Source: Epiperipatus broadwayi
Lineage: Eukaryota > Animalia > Onychophora
Length of the DNA stretch: 64,000 bases
Assembly (NCBI GenBank): GCA_028023455.1
Contig: JAQFVV010000008.1
Location: 17,732,001 to 17,796,000 of the forward strand
Direction of reading: 5' to 3'
The notes under the pieces are model-generated. The model saw only the letters and a program-made list of their open reading frames with translations. It was not told where the DNA came from and ran no database searches. The stretch's first letter is position 1; every line of letters begins with the position of its first letter. Positions 40,150 through 54,054 of this stretch are shown piece by piece. The position numbers and the translations under genes are program-made.

Positions 40150-42700
40150 TTTTTTTCAAAAAGCTTTAATACTTTTCTTAATTGTAATTTTTTTGTATTG
40201 TATCCATATCTTCTATGAAAGCTAGCATTATTGCCATCTTTTTAGATTGTGCTTGAGATAGTCTTTATAATATAAATGTATCTGCTCCTCCCTAGAAAAC
40301 CATGCTAAAGTTCACCATAAAGTAGTTTTTGCCAGTTTGTTACCATTTATTCATTTTATATGTCTAGTCCAACAATGAAATAACTTTCAATGATGAATTT
40401 AATATTCAATGCCGAAGGACATACAATTGATCTTATGGTCTTTCCATCATGTTGCCATTTACTTATTTCATATGTCCAGTCCAACAATGATATATTCTTT
40501 CAGTAATAAATTTAATATTCAGTGCTGGAGGACATACAATTGATTTTATGGTCTTGCCATCATATTTTCAATATTTCTATGGAGCATTTTTAAATGAAAT
40601 GTTAGTAGGAAGTCAACTGTCTGTCTTTTTTGCAGTAAATTTGATAGTATAACAGTCTTCCTATACTATGATACAAATATTCTATCTTTAATTTGTTAAA
40701 AAGTATTAGTATTAGCTCATGTCTAAATCTGCTTACCTACACCATAAAAACTATCAACATATTTAAATTGATACATTTTCAAACTGATATTAATCTATGT
40801 TAAAACTTGCTGAAGAATTTTTTTTTCACATCTGACTGATAAATCACCTACTAAAACATAGTTTTTTTAGGTTGCATTGAGATTACTCTACAAATTACTT
40901 TTTGAAACAAAATCAGTATATTATAATTCCAGAAGTCAAGTCAATGAAGTTCTTGTTTTGCCATTAAGTAGCTTGTGCTAAAAACATCTATCAAATGCAT
41001 TTAATATCTTAAATGCCTAGTACATGAAGCTGCCTATAAAGAATTTTAATAGCTATTGTTATAAAAATAGAAAATAAAGATGGATTTAAAAGTATTCATT
41101 TATATATAATCCAGTTTTTATTTTAAATGCCTCATTAATAATTAGCGTTCTTCTTATACCATTATGATAAACTGTACAATGTAAATAAACTTCAGAGAAT
41201 AATGCCATTGTCAAACATTGCTGCAAAACTTTTTGACTTGGTTAATTAAGTCGAATGATAAAAACATTTAAACCATGCTTTTGCTCATTATATTTGCCTG
41301 ACATCAAAATCCATGTATTTAAGGCTGCTTGATTCTGTAAAATCACAATGATTCTCTAATAATTCATTCATCTATGAGTGGAAGTAGTCTATTCACTAAA
41401 TTATTTTAAGTACTTTTGCTATAATTAATAGCAGTAATGTCTCTCAATAATTACTACAGTCTTGTTTATCTCTTATTTTTGTAATTGAAACCATAAAAGT
41501 ATTTAATAACAGATGACACAGCTTCATGTTTTAATATACCGTACTGTATTCCTAAAACATCCCAGGTTTTAAAGCTAGCACAATTATATTTTAATACTCC
41601 ATCTTGTTTTTCATCAAAACCTGTTTTTTTCTATTATAAATATTACAAAGAGATAGTCAAAAATTAAAATACTTCATTTGTTTGAAATATAATATAAAAG
41701 TATTACCCATTGATTTAGTAGTAGTATTGTATAATTTTTTAGATCCATGTATTTTTCCAATTTGATCTAAAATAACACGGTCTTCAAATAATTGTCTTTT
41801 TTTTTTAGTTTTAACCTTCCAATCAAATTTTAAGCCTTTTGTCAGTCATCGAATTTTTGTTCTTCCCACTTATATTACTTATATGTTTTCTTTTAATCAA
41901 GTCACTAATTTTATGGTTGTTTTTAGAAATTAAGTCAGGATTCTTTTTGTTAGTTACTCATTCCTATTCACAATAAATTTTTTAAGAAAACTCAGTGCTT
42001 CATTATTATGCAAAGCTGAAGTCCAAATTGGTAAATTTACTACCAATATTTATTGGAATAGCATTTTTAAAAAAAATTCAATTATCAGTTTAACTTTAAA
42101 TACATTTAATCTATGATCCATTTAACATATTTGAATCTGTGTGAGTTGTTATATTAATTTCTTTTACATTCATACATCTAATTACATTTCATAAGATACT
42201 AAAATACTATTATTGCGAGCATGGATACATCTAAATTCCTTTCTTATTTATAATAGTTATTGTAAGAGATATGCAAAAATTCAATAAAGAGGTATGCCAT
42301 AATTCAATAATAGCAAAGCTATTATCATTTCAGTTAACTTAGTGATTTTTACAACATATAATAAAGTTTCCAATAAGAAAAATTCAGTCTTTTAATGATA
42401 TTGATATAGGGTCATTCAGAAAATTCAGCACTGATTTATTGGAAATACATACCAGCCCATAAACTTTCAGGCTTTGATACTTTTTCTAAATAGATAATGT
42501 TGCTAATTTCAGTTTGTAGAAATTTTATTCTAATAAAAGCAATCAAATGATTTGGTTATTCGAGTATCAAAAGTTTTGATCCAGGGATTTTTAGTTTTGA
42601 GGGCAATAAATATATTTCAAATATTAAAACTAGATTTTTAATAAGAAAAGTACATGTCCATTTAATCAATTTATTTTGACAATATATAAGTAACTAATTT
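40150..42700 (-). mobile_element. Decayed RTE-clade LINE (RT and C-terminal region), boundaries approximate
   Basis: Broken frames give KQDCSNY..TLL..IAKVLKII (about 41400-41470), NRLLPL, DVRQI, WQDH, WTGHM and LLYGEL (about 40308-40325), in the expected RTE order. Confidence 0.75.
40339..40563. repeat. Two diverged ~112-bp tandem copies inside the RTE relic
   Basis: Units start at 40339 and 40451 and share agtccaacaatga...aatttaatattca...ggacatacaattgat. Confidence 0.85.
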
Positions 42701-43085
42701 ATTATTTAATCACATATTATTAACCAAAGAAAAACACAATTTTTTAATATAAATTTTGAAGAGAGCAATCATTTAAAAAAAAAGACAAATATTTTAAACA
42801 AAAGTAATTTTGTTATAGCTAGATTATTATCTAAAAAATTTATCAGCTTCATCTTGAGATTCTCAACCCATTTATCGTTATAAATTATTTGTTTTTACTA
42901 AAAAATACAGTATTTTATTATTTTTCTTGGTGTAATAAAAATATCTATGAAAAATACAATCTAGTGAGATAGATAAAAAAATAGAAAAAAATAGCACAAT
43001 GAATCCAGCACAAGATAAAAAGAAAAAACTGATTCTCATCAGATTGTATGTAACAATACAAACTCCACTATAAAGTGATTCACTA

Positions 43086-43247
43086 TTATATGAAATATCC
43101 ATTAAACAAGTAATAATTGATTATCTGTTAGGTTAATAATTATATGAAATATCCATTAAACAAGTAATAATTGATTATTTATTAGGTTAATAATTATATG
43201 AAATATCCATGAAACAAGTAATAATTGATTATCTGTTAAGTTAATAA
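43086..43247. repeat. Minisatellite, 3 x 54 bp
   Basis: The unit ttatatgaaatatccattaaacaagtaataattgattatctgttaggttaataa occurs at 43086, 43140 and 43194. Confidence 0.95.
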
Positions 43248-44345
43248 TGTTAATGATTAAAAGGAATTATAATTATTCAGTATAGAAAGAAATTCAAAAT
43301 GCAATAAATTGTAATTTTATTTTAAATAAATGGAATGAATTTTTTAACAATATTCCCATTAAGGAAGTAATATTTTTCTTATTACAAACAATAGCAATAA
43401 TAAAAATATATTACTTAAACTTGAAAGAATATATAAACTAAGAGCAGTTATTTTCATCCTTTTCTGTAAGCTAGAATAATTACTGGATATCAGATTATAT
43501 AGTGCTATAAAATCCATATCTGCAGACCAGTTTCCCCTTCAGTGAAGATTAAGATTTGAAGTTAGAACTAATGCATTTATATATCTATTAACCATCTTTT
43601 TATTGCTAATAACCTGAAATTAAAAAAAAAAAACTTTTAAGATTTTGAACTCAGACTAACATTGCTGCAGATTTGATATCAGAATTGGTTTTTATATAAT
43701 TTAGGGAGCTCAACTTTATGGCAATTGTAGGTCTCATCTACTTTTTGATTATGAAGTTATTAAACACATAACATAACTTTCATATGCATACTCATATTTC
43801 AGAATAATAGCTTGAATAATGTAAAGAAGTAATGAAATGGCTGCTACATGCTCAAGTGCATTAATTCCCTATCTTCGAATTCTAATCTTCACTGATGAAA
43901 GAAAAAACTAGAAATCAGTCTGGAGATAGGGATTTTATAACACAATACCATCTAATGTCCATTGATTAATCAGGTTTGCAGAAAATAGCTCTGGAGTATA
44001 GTGAAGATAACTGCTTTTGGAAGCATTTGAGAATGTTGTGATATTGTTGATAATAATATATAAATCATTAAAAGTTTAAATATGATGAAAAGGATAGTTA
44101 ATTCTCAAAAACTCTCTCTCTTTATATAGTTGTATTATTTTCTCCTATCTGCTATTAAATTATGTTTATTAGTATTTTTAGTAATTATGATTATAATAGT
44201 AATAAAATATATTGTCTTTTAAAGTCATAAAGCACATTTTAATGTAAATACAAATAATAGAATTCCTAATGGTGGGTTTTTAACTCAATTGGATCATTAG
44301 TTAAAATAGATATACAAAATTTTGAATCACTTTTTTTAAATATAT

Positions 44346-45981
44346 TGTGATGATCGCACATACTGCGATCACCCATATAGATATTTAACATTTAAAGAAT
44401 ATTAAATATTGTGTTTGGATTACTAGAAAGTGAGTTTAAAAAAAAATTATAAACAACGAAATGTTTTAATTAAGAAAAGAGGGGGAATTAGAATCAAAAA
44501 GATTCTTATCTTTTACCTTCCAAAGTCAAGATTTTGTGAAATGAAAAATAAGTAAAGTTAGAAATATTGAAATTGTATATTAGAAAATTAATAGTGATAA
44601 AGAAATATAAGTGAAAGACAAACTAAAATATAATGTGTAAGAAAAAGAGTAAAATAGAAATTTAAAACATGACCAAAGATAGGGATCTGGGTCATAAAAG
44701 TACACATTTGACGATAAAACAAAATGCGTATATGGAGTGTGTATGAAGTGGATGAAGACAGCGATAATTAATGCTTGTCAATAATGTCAAAAAAAAACAA
44801 AAACATTTTATTAAAAATCTGTGTAATTGAAAGAGAAATAAGAAATAAATGTACATAGTGCTACAAAATTATGTAAAGGCAAATCTACATGAATGGATGA
44901 AGGCGCATTAAGAAAAGAAAGGTGGGAATAAAAGTGAAGACAAAGGATCGAAAGGACAAAGGACTGTGGAATTTTTTTAATTAAAAAAAAATTCCGTTGA
45001 TAATTAGATTAGAGTTGGAGACTTCTTGTCGAGAGGTTGGTGGAAAGACTGCTCCGATAATAAGCAGCCATAGTTAACAAGATATGATTTCTAACATCGG
45101 TGCCTCATCAAGAATGGCTGGCCAAGGGTCGTCATGATCGCTTGCCGATCTAGACTCACTGTACTCTAATGGTTCCCATCTACATGTAACAACTGCTGAC
45201 GTAGCGCCTGCCGGAGGATTCGTTTTGCCTGGTCCTTGATGTCCTAAATGCGGAGGAGTTCCCACAACCAAAATCTAACCTAAGAGCGACCGTTCCCTGC
45301 TAAAGAAGTGGAGAAATTCACGTGGCGGTCAGCAAGACTTCAAGCTAATTCAGAGACTTAATGTGTACATACCTTTAATTTAGACAATGGCCAAATTCTT
45401 ACTTTGAATGATGAAGACATTCTTTAACTTTTTTATATATACACGGAATGAAGATTATAAATGTACAATCATTTATAGGATCTTTTTATTTTGTTTTACT
45501 CATAGCATTATAGCATATAATCTGTTTTTTATTGTGTGTAAATGATTTTAAGTATTTCTTTTATTGTATAATTTATTGTATTAAATATTATTGATTTAAA
45601 TCTGTTTCGTCTCATTCTTCGCCACTCCAAAAAGTAATCTAGTCTTAGGGTTTGGGAGAATAATTATTACTCATTTTGAGTACTGAATTAATACGTGAAA
45701 CTAGTGGTGCAGTATTTTGATCCCATTAAAATTTATAAATATCCAAGCGCTGTAACTCTGTTAAATCTTACAGCAGTCGAGAGACAGTTGACCAGGAAAA
45801 ATAACCTAGGGCTATACCCGTATAGTTACAGGTTCGGTCAAGTACAGATATAGATTCGTTTATGTCCGTATGTTCTCTCTGCTTGTGGTAGCAGAAAGTG
45901 GACGATCTTGAATTTTAAGAATTCCCCATTATATATATATAAAAGGGAAGTTAAGCTTTCGATTGGCGTGTTTCCTTTACA
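44346..45981 (+). repeat. 5' LTR, family A (1636 bp)
   Basis: TGTGATGATC...TTTACA. About 95% similar by eye to the 3' LTR, with two 30-40 bp deletions. Confidence 0.95.
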
Positions 45982-45984
45982 TTT

Positions 45985-46002
45985 TGGGGGCCAGTCCGGG
46001 AT
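45985..46002 (+). other. Primer-binding site, tRNA-Pro type
   Basis: TGGGGGCCAGTCCGGGAT versus the tRNA-Pro PBS TGGGGGCTCGTCCGGGAT (16/18), 3 nt after the LTR. Confidence 0.9.
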
Positions 46003-46419
46003 TTCTATTGCTGTGAATTAGTGATCACGTGTTGAATTAATTTTATAAGATAACGTAAATATTTTCTAAAATAAAAAAAATATATATGTGTTTTCAAAAT
46101 ATATGAAATTAGCGTTGTAAATTAGAGTGGTGAGAAGCGAAGATGAAGGGGATAAATTTTTTCACTTTAAAATACTTTATATAAGTGTTTCAACGTCAAA
46201 TGTGTACAAAGGATAGAAAGAGGGGGGAATTGATTTTTTTATTAAGAAAGTTTTGAAATGCGTAGTGACATATATAATCTAAGACAAGAAGTAGTCAGAC
46301 AAATTGTAACGAACAAAGAATTGATTATCTAGATGTAATTGTTGTAACGAAAAATAAAATAGTTAAGTTAAAAAGAATAAAACAGTTTCAGTAAGGGTGT
46401 AATTATAAATGTTAAATAA

Positions 46420-46900
46420 TTAAAATAGTCGCAGAACTAAGTTAAGTGAAGAAATATATATATATATAACTCTAGGATAATCGCATATATAAGCGAAGTT
46501 GAAGAGATATATATGTGTGATGTAATAATAACGTATCCCAGTTAAGCTGAAAATAAAATATTTTTAATGATAAATGATAAAAATGTTCACGTATATAAGT
46601 TAAACTGAAGAAAATATATGTATGATTCTAGAATAGTCGCGCATCTTAGTTAAGTTGAGGAAAATATATATGTCTGATTTTAAAAATAATCGTGAGGATA
46701 ACTTGATCAATAAATTACTAACATAGCCTGTACAATGAAGCATATCTGTTAAATGGAAGGAAATATATATTTATGATTTTAAAATAGTAAAGTGATCAAT
46801 AAAGTACAAACATAGTGTGTGTAACGAAGGAGGTTAGTACGTTAAAGAAATACATATGTGTATGATTTTTTTAAAACAGCCATAACCTTAAAATGATCGA
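46420..46900 (+). repeat. Degenerate ~60-bp repeats in the retroelement leader
   Basis: A module like atagtcgc...agttaagttgaagaaaatatatat...tgatt recurs several times. Confidence 0.55.
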
Positions 46901-47314
46901 AAATTATAAACGTAATATTAGAAAATATATATCAGAAATGTGTACTGTTGGAAATACAGTCAAATAGAATGAATTTATTTATATATATCGTTAACAGAGA
47001 GGAATAAAGTATAGTATTTAAGTTAAATTTAAAAAATATATAAGTGCGTCATGAAGTTAAGTAGAGTGAGTCGGAGTTGGATAAGTAGGGAAAACATAGG
47101 ACAGTCATCAATGTGGGGCAGGCAGTCAAACAAGATGGTGAACCAGAGTGCGGATGTTTGGGTTGGCTAGCGGTCTAAATGCTAACTGACAGATAACAAA
47201 GAAATTAAATATCTAATCAAAGTAAAAAGCAAAGAGTCAGTAGAAAGAAATTTTTTTATATAAATCTATCCAGAAGAGTTCAGTAAAATAATACTAATAA
47301 ACACAGATCAAGGG

Positions 47315-48761
47315 TTGAATAAATTGATATTTATGCGTACAAGGTCCCAAGCTAAAATGGACCTTCAAGAAAAGGAAGTAAGAGAAGGGAATGAAGATAA
47401 GGAGATGGAAGTAAAAGATGAAACAAACTATAGTGATATAATGGATATGCTAAGGCAAATGAGGGTTGAGCAACAGCAATTCATGAAGAAATACATGGAC
47501 AGAGAAGAGAGAATGATGGAAGAATGGCGTGCACAGATAGAAATGGACAACCAGAAAAGAATTGCTGAAGCCGTAGAAGAAATTAGAAATGACTTCATCC
47601 AGCAATCAGAGGCAAAGGTCACAGGAAATGGACGTACCAGGGAAATTAAGTGGGATGAACAAAAGGGTATGGAGCCATGTGTATATGATGAATTAGAAAG
47701 GACAGAGTATAGATAGAGAGTCAGTAGAGTTTAGGGCAGCCAGAAAGGGGAATAAGAAAGTTAGATAAAGAAGGGGAAGTGATAAGAGTAAAAGATAGTA
47801 GGATGCTGACAAGCATGCGGGGGGATATAATTCAGATAGCGAAGGCAGTAGAAAGGTTAAACACAAAATTTGAAGAGAGGATAAGTAGGTCAGCCAATAA
47901 CAGCGCCAATATCGAAGTAAGGGGCATAGGACCAAGAACCACTGGAGAATGTATAGATAGGGGCTATGGGAATTGCATGGATTACCCTATCGGCTTCCAC
48001 CAATTTCTAAAAATACAAGTGTTCACTGGAGATCCTGGAGAAAGCCCTATGGACACTTGGGAAGCCTGGAACGGTATTTCAAGTTTAGTAGGATGAATGA
48101 GGAGGCCAAGATAGTGGTCGCCTGCAGTCACTTGCAGGGCAAATCTCAAGTCTGGTGGAACTCACTGTTCCAGAAACCCACCACATTTGCAGGGTATCAC
48201 AAGGCTTTGAGGACCAGTTATTGGAGTGAGGAACTCCAAGAAGATATGCTGCATCGGATAACACAGGAGAAATGGAGACCGGGGGAATCGTTTACAACAT
48301 TCTTTTGCCGTCAAGTAGCCAAGTTACGGATGATGACCCGAAACCCATTATCTGAGATGCAAATACTCCGGATAACTAGGCATGGGTTCCCAAAAGAGAT
48401 AGAACAGACACTAATCAGTACAGAGAGGAAGATTTTAGACCGTGTGGCCGAGTTGCTAAGTGCATTGGATACCATCAGGGCTGACCAGAAGGAGGATGGA
48501 TGTAAACCTAGACCACCTCCAAAAGAACCACTTACAATAAAAAACGGATGGGATCCTAGTGAAGGACGATGGCAAGAAAACCGGAGATATTCTACAGAGT
48601 GGAACCCAAGGAGGCAGGAAAATGGACGACAAAGATTGGAGATGGAATGGAAGCGTCCATATGACAGGACTGAAGACCAAGAATGTAGGGATCAAAATCC
48701 GCATCCCAGAGGAGGCAGATGTGAGGTCGATAGAGAAAGACAATCTCAACATAAAACCTAA
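47315..48761 (+). pseudogene. Frameshifted retrotransposon gag (coiled-coil N-terminus and Retrotrans_gag-like capsid)
   Basis: Three successive frames: a coiled-coil ORF (47315-47716), then KIQVFTGDPGESP, then HLGSLERYF...SHLQGKSQVWW...QEKWRPGESFTTFF. One frameshift lies near 48050. Confidence 0.85.
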
Positions 48762-49644
48762 GTGCAATCACCAATAAAGGACAGATTCACTGATACCAGA
48801 TTGGAAATGGAATTGGACCACGAGTAATGGAAAATGGACATGAAATTAGGAAATATTGATCATGAAAATATAAAGAAATGATGAGCCAGTAAATGGCCAA
48901 ACAGTATAAAAGACTTTATCCAAACTAAGAAAAACATATGATAGATAGTAATGTGAGATCGTAGATAGAGGCTGAAGGTGTGTAGGTATAGATATTTGTA
49001 GGTGGATCTTAGCAGTATATAATGAACCTTCTCTGTTATGCATTCATGTATGTTCTGCGGTCACCCAGTCTTATTAGATAGAGAAAACAGGGACAGAGAT
49101 CCCCTTCTCATAATGGCTCACTGGATTAAAGTTTCCAGTTAGATATTTGACAAATATCGTGAGTCAATGGATTAGAAACCAATGTATGGGGAAAGAACCC
49201 CTTTATAAAAATACGAGCTATCAGTAAAATATTCTGAGCTCATGGATGAGCTGGATAAAAAGATGCCAGCCTCCCAACCCACCTCGGGATAGTGACCAGT
49301 GTTGTCACTCAGAGGGTTATCGTTTGTGAAAATGTGAGGTATGAACAGGTTTAATCGAGTCACAGAGATATCCTGTGGACTCGAAACTGTATATACAAGT
49401 AGGAGGCAGAAATAAACTCACGTATTGTTTATAGCAAGATTAAATCGGTTTAGTAATACTGGTTGGATCGTCAGAGTAGAAATGTAATTTGCCTGGTCGC
49501 CTCTCTAGGAATAATCTCATCACTAAATCATATTAGGAGTGCATGGATATGAAAAGGTTCTAACAGTAGTTAGGGGCATCTAGCTTTCAATGCATTAAAT
49601 TAAAAATTTTTTAAAAAAATTTTAAAAGGAGGGGAACGGTGTAA

Positions 49645-51330
49645 TGTGATGATCGCACATACTGCGATCACACATATAGATATTATTAAATATTGTGTTT
49701 GGAATACTAGAAAGTGAGTTTAAAAAAAAATTATAAACAACAAAATGTTTTAATTAAGAAAAGAGAGGGAATTAGAATCAAAAAGATTCTTATCTTTTAC
49801 CCTCCAAAGTCAAGATTTTGTGAAATGAAAAATAAGTAAAGTTAGAAATATTGAAATTGTACATTAGAAAATTAATAGTGATAAAGAAATATAAGTGAAA
49901 GACAAACTAAAATATAATGTGTAAGAAAAGTAAAGTTTGAAGAGTTTAAATAAGAGTAAAATAGAAATTTAAAACATGACCGAAAGATAAGGATCTGGGT
50001 CATAAAAGTACACATTTGACGATAAAACGAAATGCGTGTATGGAGTGTGTACGAAGTGGGATGAAGACAGCAATAATTAATGCTTGTCAATAATGTCAAA
50101 AATAAAAAAAAACATTATTAAAAATCTGTGTAATTGAAAGAGAAATAAGAAATAAATGTACATAGTGCTACAAAATTATGTAAAGGCAGATCTACATAAA
50201 TGGCCGAAGGCGCATTAAGAAAAGAAAGGTGGGAATAAAAGTGAAGACAAAGGATCGAAAGGACAAAGGACTGTGGAATTTTTTTAATTAAAAAAAAATT
50301 TCAGTTGATAATTAGATTAGAGTTGGAGACTTCTTGTCGAGAGGTTGGTGGAAAGACTGCTCCGATAATAAGCAGCCATAGTTAACAAGATATGATTTCT
50401 AACATCGGTGCCTCATCAAGAATGGCTGGCTAAGGGCCGTCGTGATCGCTTGCTGATCCAGACTCCCTGTGCTCTAATGGTTCCCATCTAGATGTAACAA
50501 CTGCCGACATAGTGCCTGCCGAAGGATTCGTTTTGCCTGGTCCTTGATGTCCTAAATGCGGAGGAGTTCCCACAACCAAAATCTAACCTAAGAGCGACCG
50601 TTCCCTGCTAAAGAAGTGGAGAAATTCCATGTGGCGGTCAGCAAGACTTCAAGCTAATTCAGAGACTTAATAACCTAGGTAAATATGTATACTACATTTT
50701 ATATTCCCTGTGTACATACCTTTAATTTAGACAATGGCCAAATTCTTACTTTGAATGATAAAGACATTCTTTAACTTTTTTATATATACACGGAATGACG
50801 ATTATAAATGTACAATCATTTATAGGATCTTTTTATTTTGTTTTACTCGTAGCATTATAGCATATAATCTGTTTTTTATTGTGTGTAAATTATTTAAAGT
50901 ATTTCTTTTATTGTATAATCTATTGTATTAAATATTTATTATTGATTTAAATCTGTTTCGTCTCATTCTTCGCCACTCCAAAAAGTAATCTAGTCTTAGG
51001 GTTTGGGAGAATAATTATTACTCATTTTGAGTGCTGAATTAATACGTGAAGCTAGTGGTGCAGTATTTTGATTCCATTAAAATTTATAAATATCCAAGTG
51101 CTGTAACTGTTAAATCTTACAGCAGTCGAGAGACAGTTGGCCGGGAAAAATAACCTAGGGCTATACCCGTATAGTTACAGGTTTGGTCAAGTACGGATAT
51201 AGACTCGTTTATGTCTGTATGTTCTCTCTGCTTGCGGTAGCGGAAAGTGGACGATCTTGAATTTTAAGAATTCCCCATTATATATAAATAAAAGGGAAGT
51301 TAAGCTTTCGATCGGCGTGTTTCCGTTACA
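49645..51330 (+). repeat. 3' LTR, family A (1686 bp)
   Basis: TGTGATGATC...GTTACA followed by ATAT. Confidence 0.95.
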
Positions 51331-53134
51331 ATATACATTTTTTATCTTATACTTTTATTTTTTTATTAAGAAGAAATCCAATAATACAAAAATTAATATT
51401 TCACAAAAGTAAACAAATCAGATAAAGAATGATTAATTTTATTTACTCTTATATTACATCTTCAAATTTATTATATAAGAAATATTTGCTGACAAAAATT
51501 ACCTATAGGAACTTGTTTTTATAAATTCTAATCCCATGTAACCAAAATATTTTTTGATTAATGTAATTGTTGTTTATAACTATAGAGATGTTGAGTCTTT
51601 GCTGTCCTATATTCACAAGTTTATATCAGATTCTATTTTTAAACCAAATCATTTTTTTTTATAGTTCTTGTGTTTGTTTGTTTTTGTAAAGAATAGATTT
51701 ATAGTCTTTTTTAGATTATAAAGATTTTGTTATTAACTGTTTTTTCATCATTTTTAATAAAATTAATCACAGCAAATCATTAGAAATCCATAGAAAATTA
51801 ATCTTTTCCATATTATATTATCTGCATAGATTTTGCTTATCTCTGCAATTATTCAATATTAACCTGAAATAAATATATATATAGCATAATATTCATGATA
51901 AAAAAAAAAATTTATAGTGTAATACCCATAATTTATTATCTGAATTTAAAAAAAGGATTTTAATTACATCTCAAAACAATCATTTAATTTTAATATCTGT
52001 CTAATGCTATATTTTCAATATAGTGCCTGTAAGAAGTGTAACAGTAATTAAGTTGATTATTTTACATGGCCGTCTCTAAATTACTAGGATAAAGATGTTT
52101 TAAGATGTTAACAATGAATAATATAATATTTGATTGTTATACCACATATATATTTTCATTGCCAAATATTCTCCTCCTGCTTTTCATAAGCTTTATAGAA
52201 TTTATTCTTTTTGAATACTTGAGAATTTATTGTCTGAATAGATAATGAGTAAATTAATAGAAGATATCAATTTTATTATAGAATAGAAAGTATACCACTG
52301 AGTTAATCTGTAATAAAGAAAAATATGTAATATGCAAAACAATGGAATTAAGAAAGAAAAAAATAAAGTTGAGGCTACATGTCTAACAGTCAATCATTCA
52401 TTTTCTTTTTTCTTCTAGAGACAAATATATGCAGTCACTTCTTTTTAAATGCACAAATATTTGCAAAACAACAACAACTGTATATCAAGCTCAGAAATTT
52501 ATTTACAATAAAAATAGTTGCATACAACAATATGATAGTTTCAGAGATACAGATTAACAGCTCAACATGATAATAAAATTTAGTAAATGAAATTTTAACA
52601 AAATAGAAATTAATTGAAGCAGTTTGCTAGATAATTCAACTAATAGCTTAGAGCCTTAAACAAATCTGACACTAAAAAAATGAAAATGATTAAGTAGGAT
52701 TTAGTTATACAATCTTTTAAATCAGAAAACTGAACTTGGCATTTATTAATCTATTACAGTGTGCTTATGGCATGATTTACTTTGTATTTTAATGTTCATA
52801 AAAAAATGTAGACATCCTAGTTAAATATGAATTGTAAATCATTTAAGTTTATCATCACCATCTTGAAAATAATTATGGCTATTCCAACTCAAAGAAGAAA
52901 AACAAAATATCTACAGTTGAGTTGAGCAATGCCTACACAAACTAAATCATAAGTATAAAACATGATAGTTCATTATTTTGTTTGTTTGATATTTTATAGT
53001 GCTATCTTTTTTGCTGCAATTAACTTTTCTTTCTGAAAATTACATTTGTCTAATTGTAATTCTCTCTTGTATTATATTCTCAGTCTTATCTCTCCAATGA
53101 AAGCAATCAATTTTTTTTCTTTCTCATGTGTCAT

Positions 53135-53210
53135 AGCATCAGCCGGGAAGCGAACCGCTAACCAGGACAAGTGCTTGTAAAGCAGCTATCTCTGACCTCT
53201 CGATCACCAA
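53135..53210 (-). mobile_element. tRNA-derived SINE head or tRNA pseudogene (Val-TAC-like)
   Basis: A-box-like TGGTGATCGAGAGG and B-box-like GGTTCGCTTCC (53146-53156) lie about 40 nt apart. The middle, CTGCTTTACAAGCAC..GTCCTGG, resembles the tRNA-Val(TAC) anticodon arm; the acceptor stem is not intact. Confidence 0.5.
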
Positions 53211-54054
53211 TGTTTGACAAGCAATCATTATTACACTTCTTTGGAGTGTCTTTGAGATAATTTTTATACCATAAATAGAATTACTTCTATGAAAACTGTG
53301 TTCAACTTCATCATAAAATACTTTTTAAAGACTTGTATTGCTCAATTATTTTACATATCAAATCCAACAAAGATATAATTTTACAATAATATTACATATA
53401 ATGATTTGAAGAACTTGTTGATTAATCTTTGATCTTGTCATTGTAATTATAGAATTTTAAAGAGAATCATTAAATAAATTTTTTCTATTACCTTTAGGAT
53501 ATATTATGAGGAGTCTTAAGTCTTATTAAACTTTATACTGGCTGATAAAAGATATTAATTACTAAACTAAAATCTTTATATGTTGCATTTAAAATAATTA
53601 TATTTTGTAGATCAAGTTTTATTCTGTTATTATTCATTGTATGAATTTGAAGTTATTTTAAGATAATTTTAGAAAATATGATTCCTAGCAAGCCAGCAAT
53701 TTGATAAAACAAATACATATTAGTTACTAATATTAAGTGGCCATAGTTTTGAAAAATTATTTTTTTTCAACTTAATGAAAGCTACAATTCTAGGTTGAAG
53801 ATACGTTTACATTTAATATGGAAGGTCAAACATATCAAAGAGGTAGTGATACATATTTATAGAATTTTATTAAAAAGTGTGGGATTATTTTATCACAATA
53901 AGGCTTGCCAAACAATATAAAAATAAAAATCTTATGTAATATTAAGTGGCATGAAGACTTGTCTTCAGGTTGTCTTGGAAGATGTGTGGAAAGATCTTAA
54001 TGCAATTTGAATTCTTGATTAATAATATGGCTCAAGGAATTGAAATATGTATAT

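Larger units (their letters stand above)
44346..51330 (+). mobile_element. Gypsy-type non-autonomous LTR retrotransposon (family A): gag only, tRNA-Pro PBS, TSD ATAT
   Basis: LTRs at 44346-45981 and 49645-51330, ATAT on both sides, PBS 45985-46002, purine tract 49624-49636 and decayed gag. No recognisable RT, RNase H or integrase. Confidence 0.95.

Noticed and set aside
43086-43247. Tandem repeats as a CRISPR array
   Set aside because: The units are contiguous with no unique spacers, there are no cas genes, and the locus is eukaryotic.
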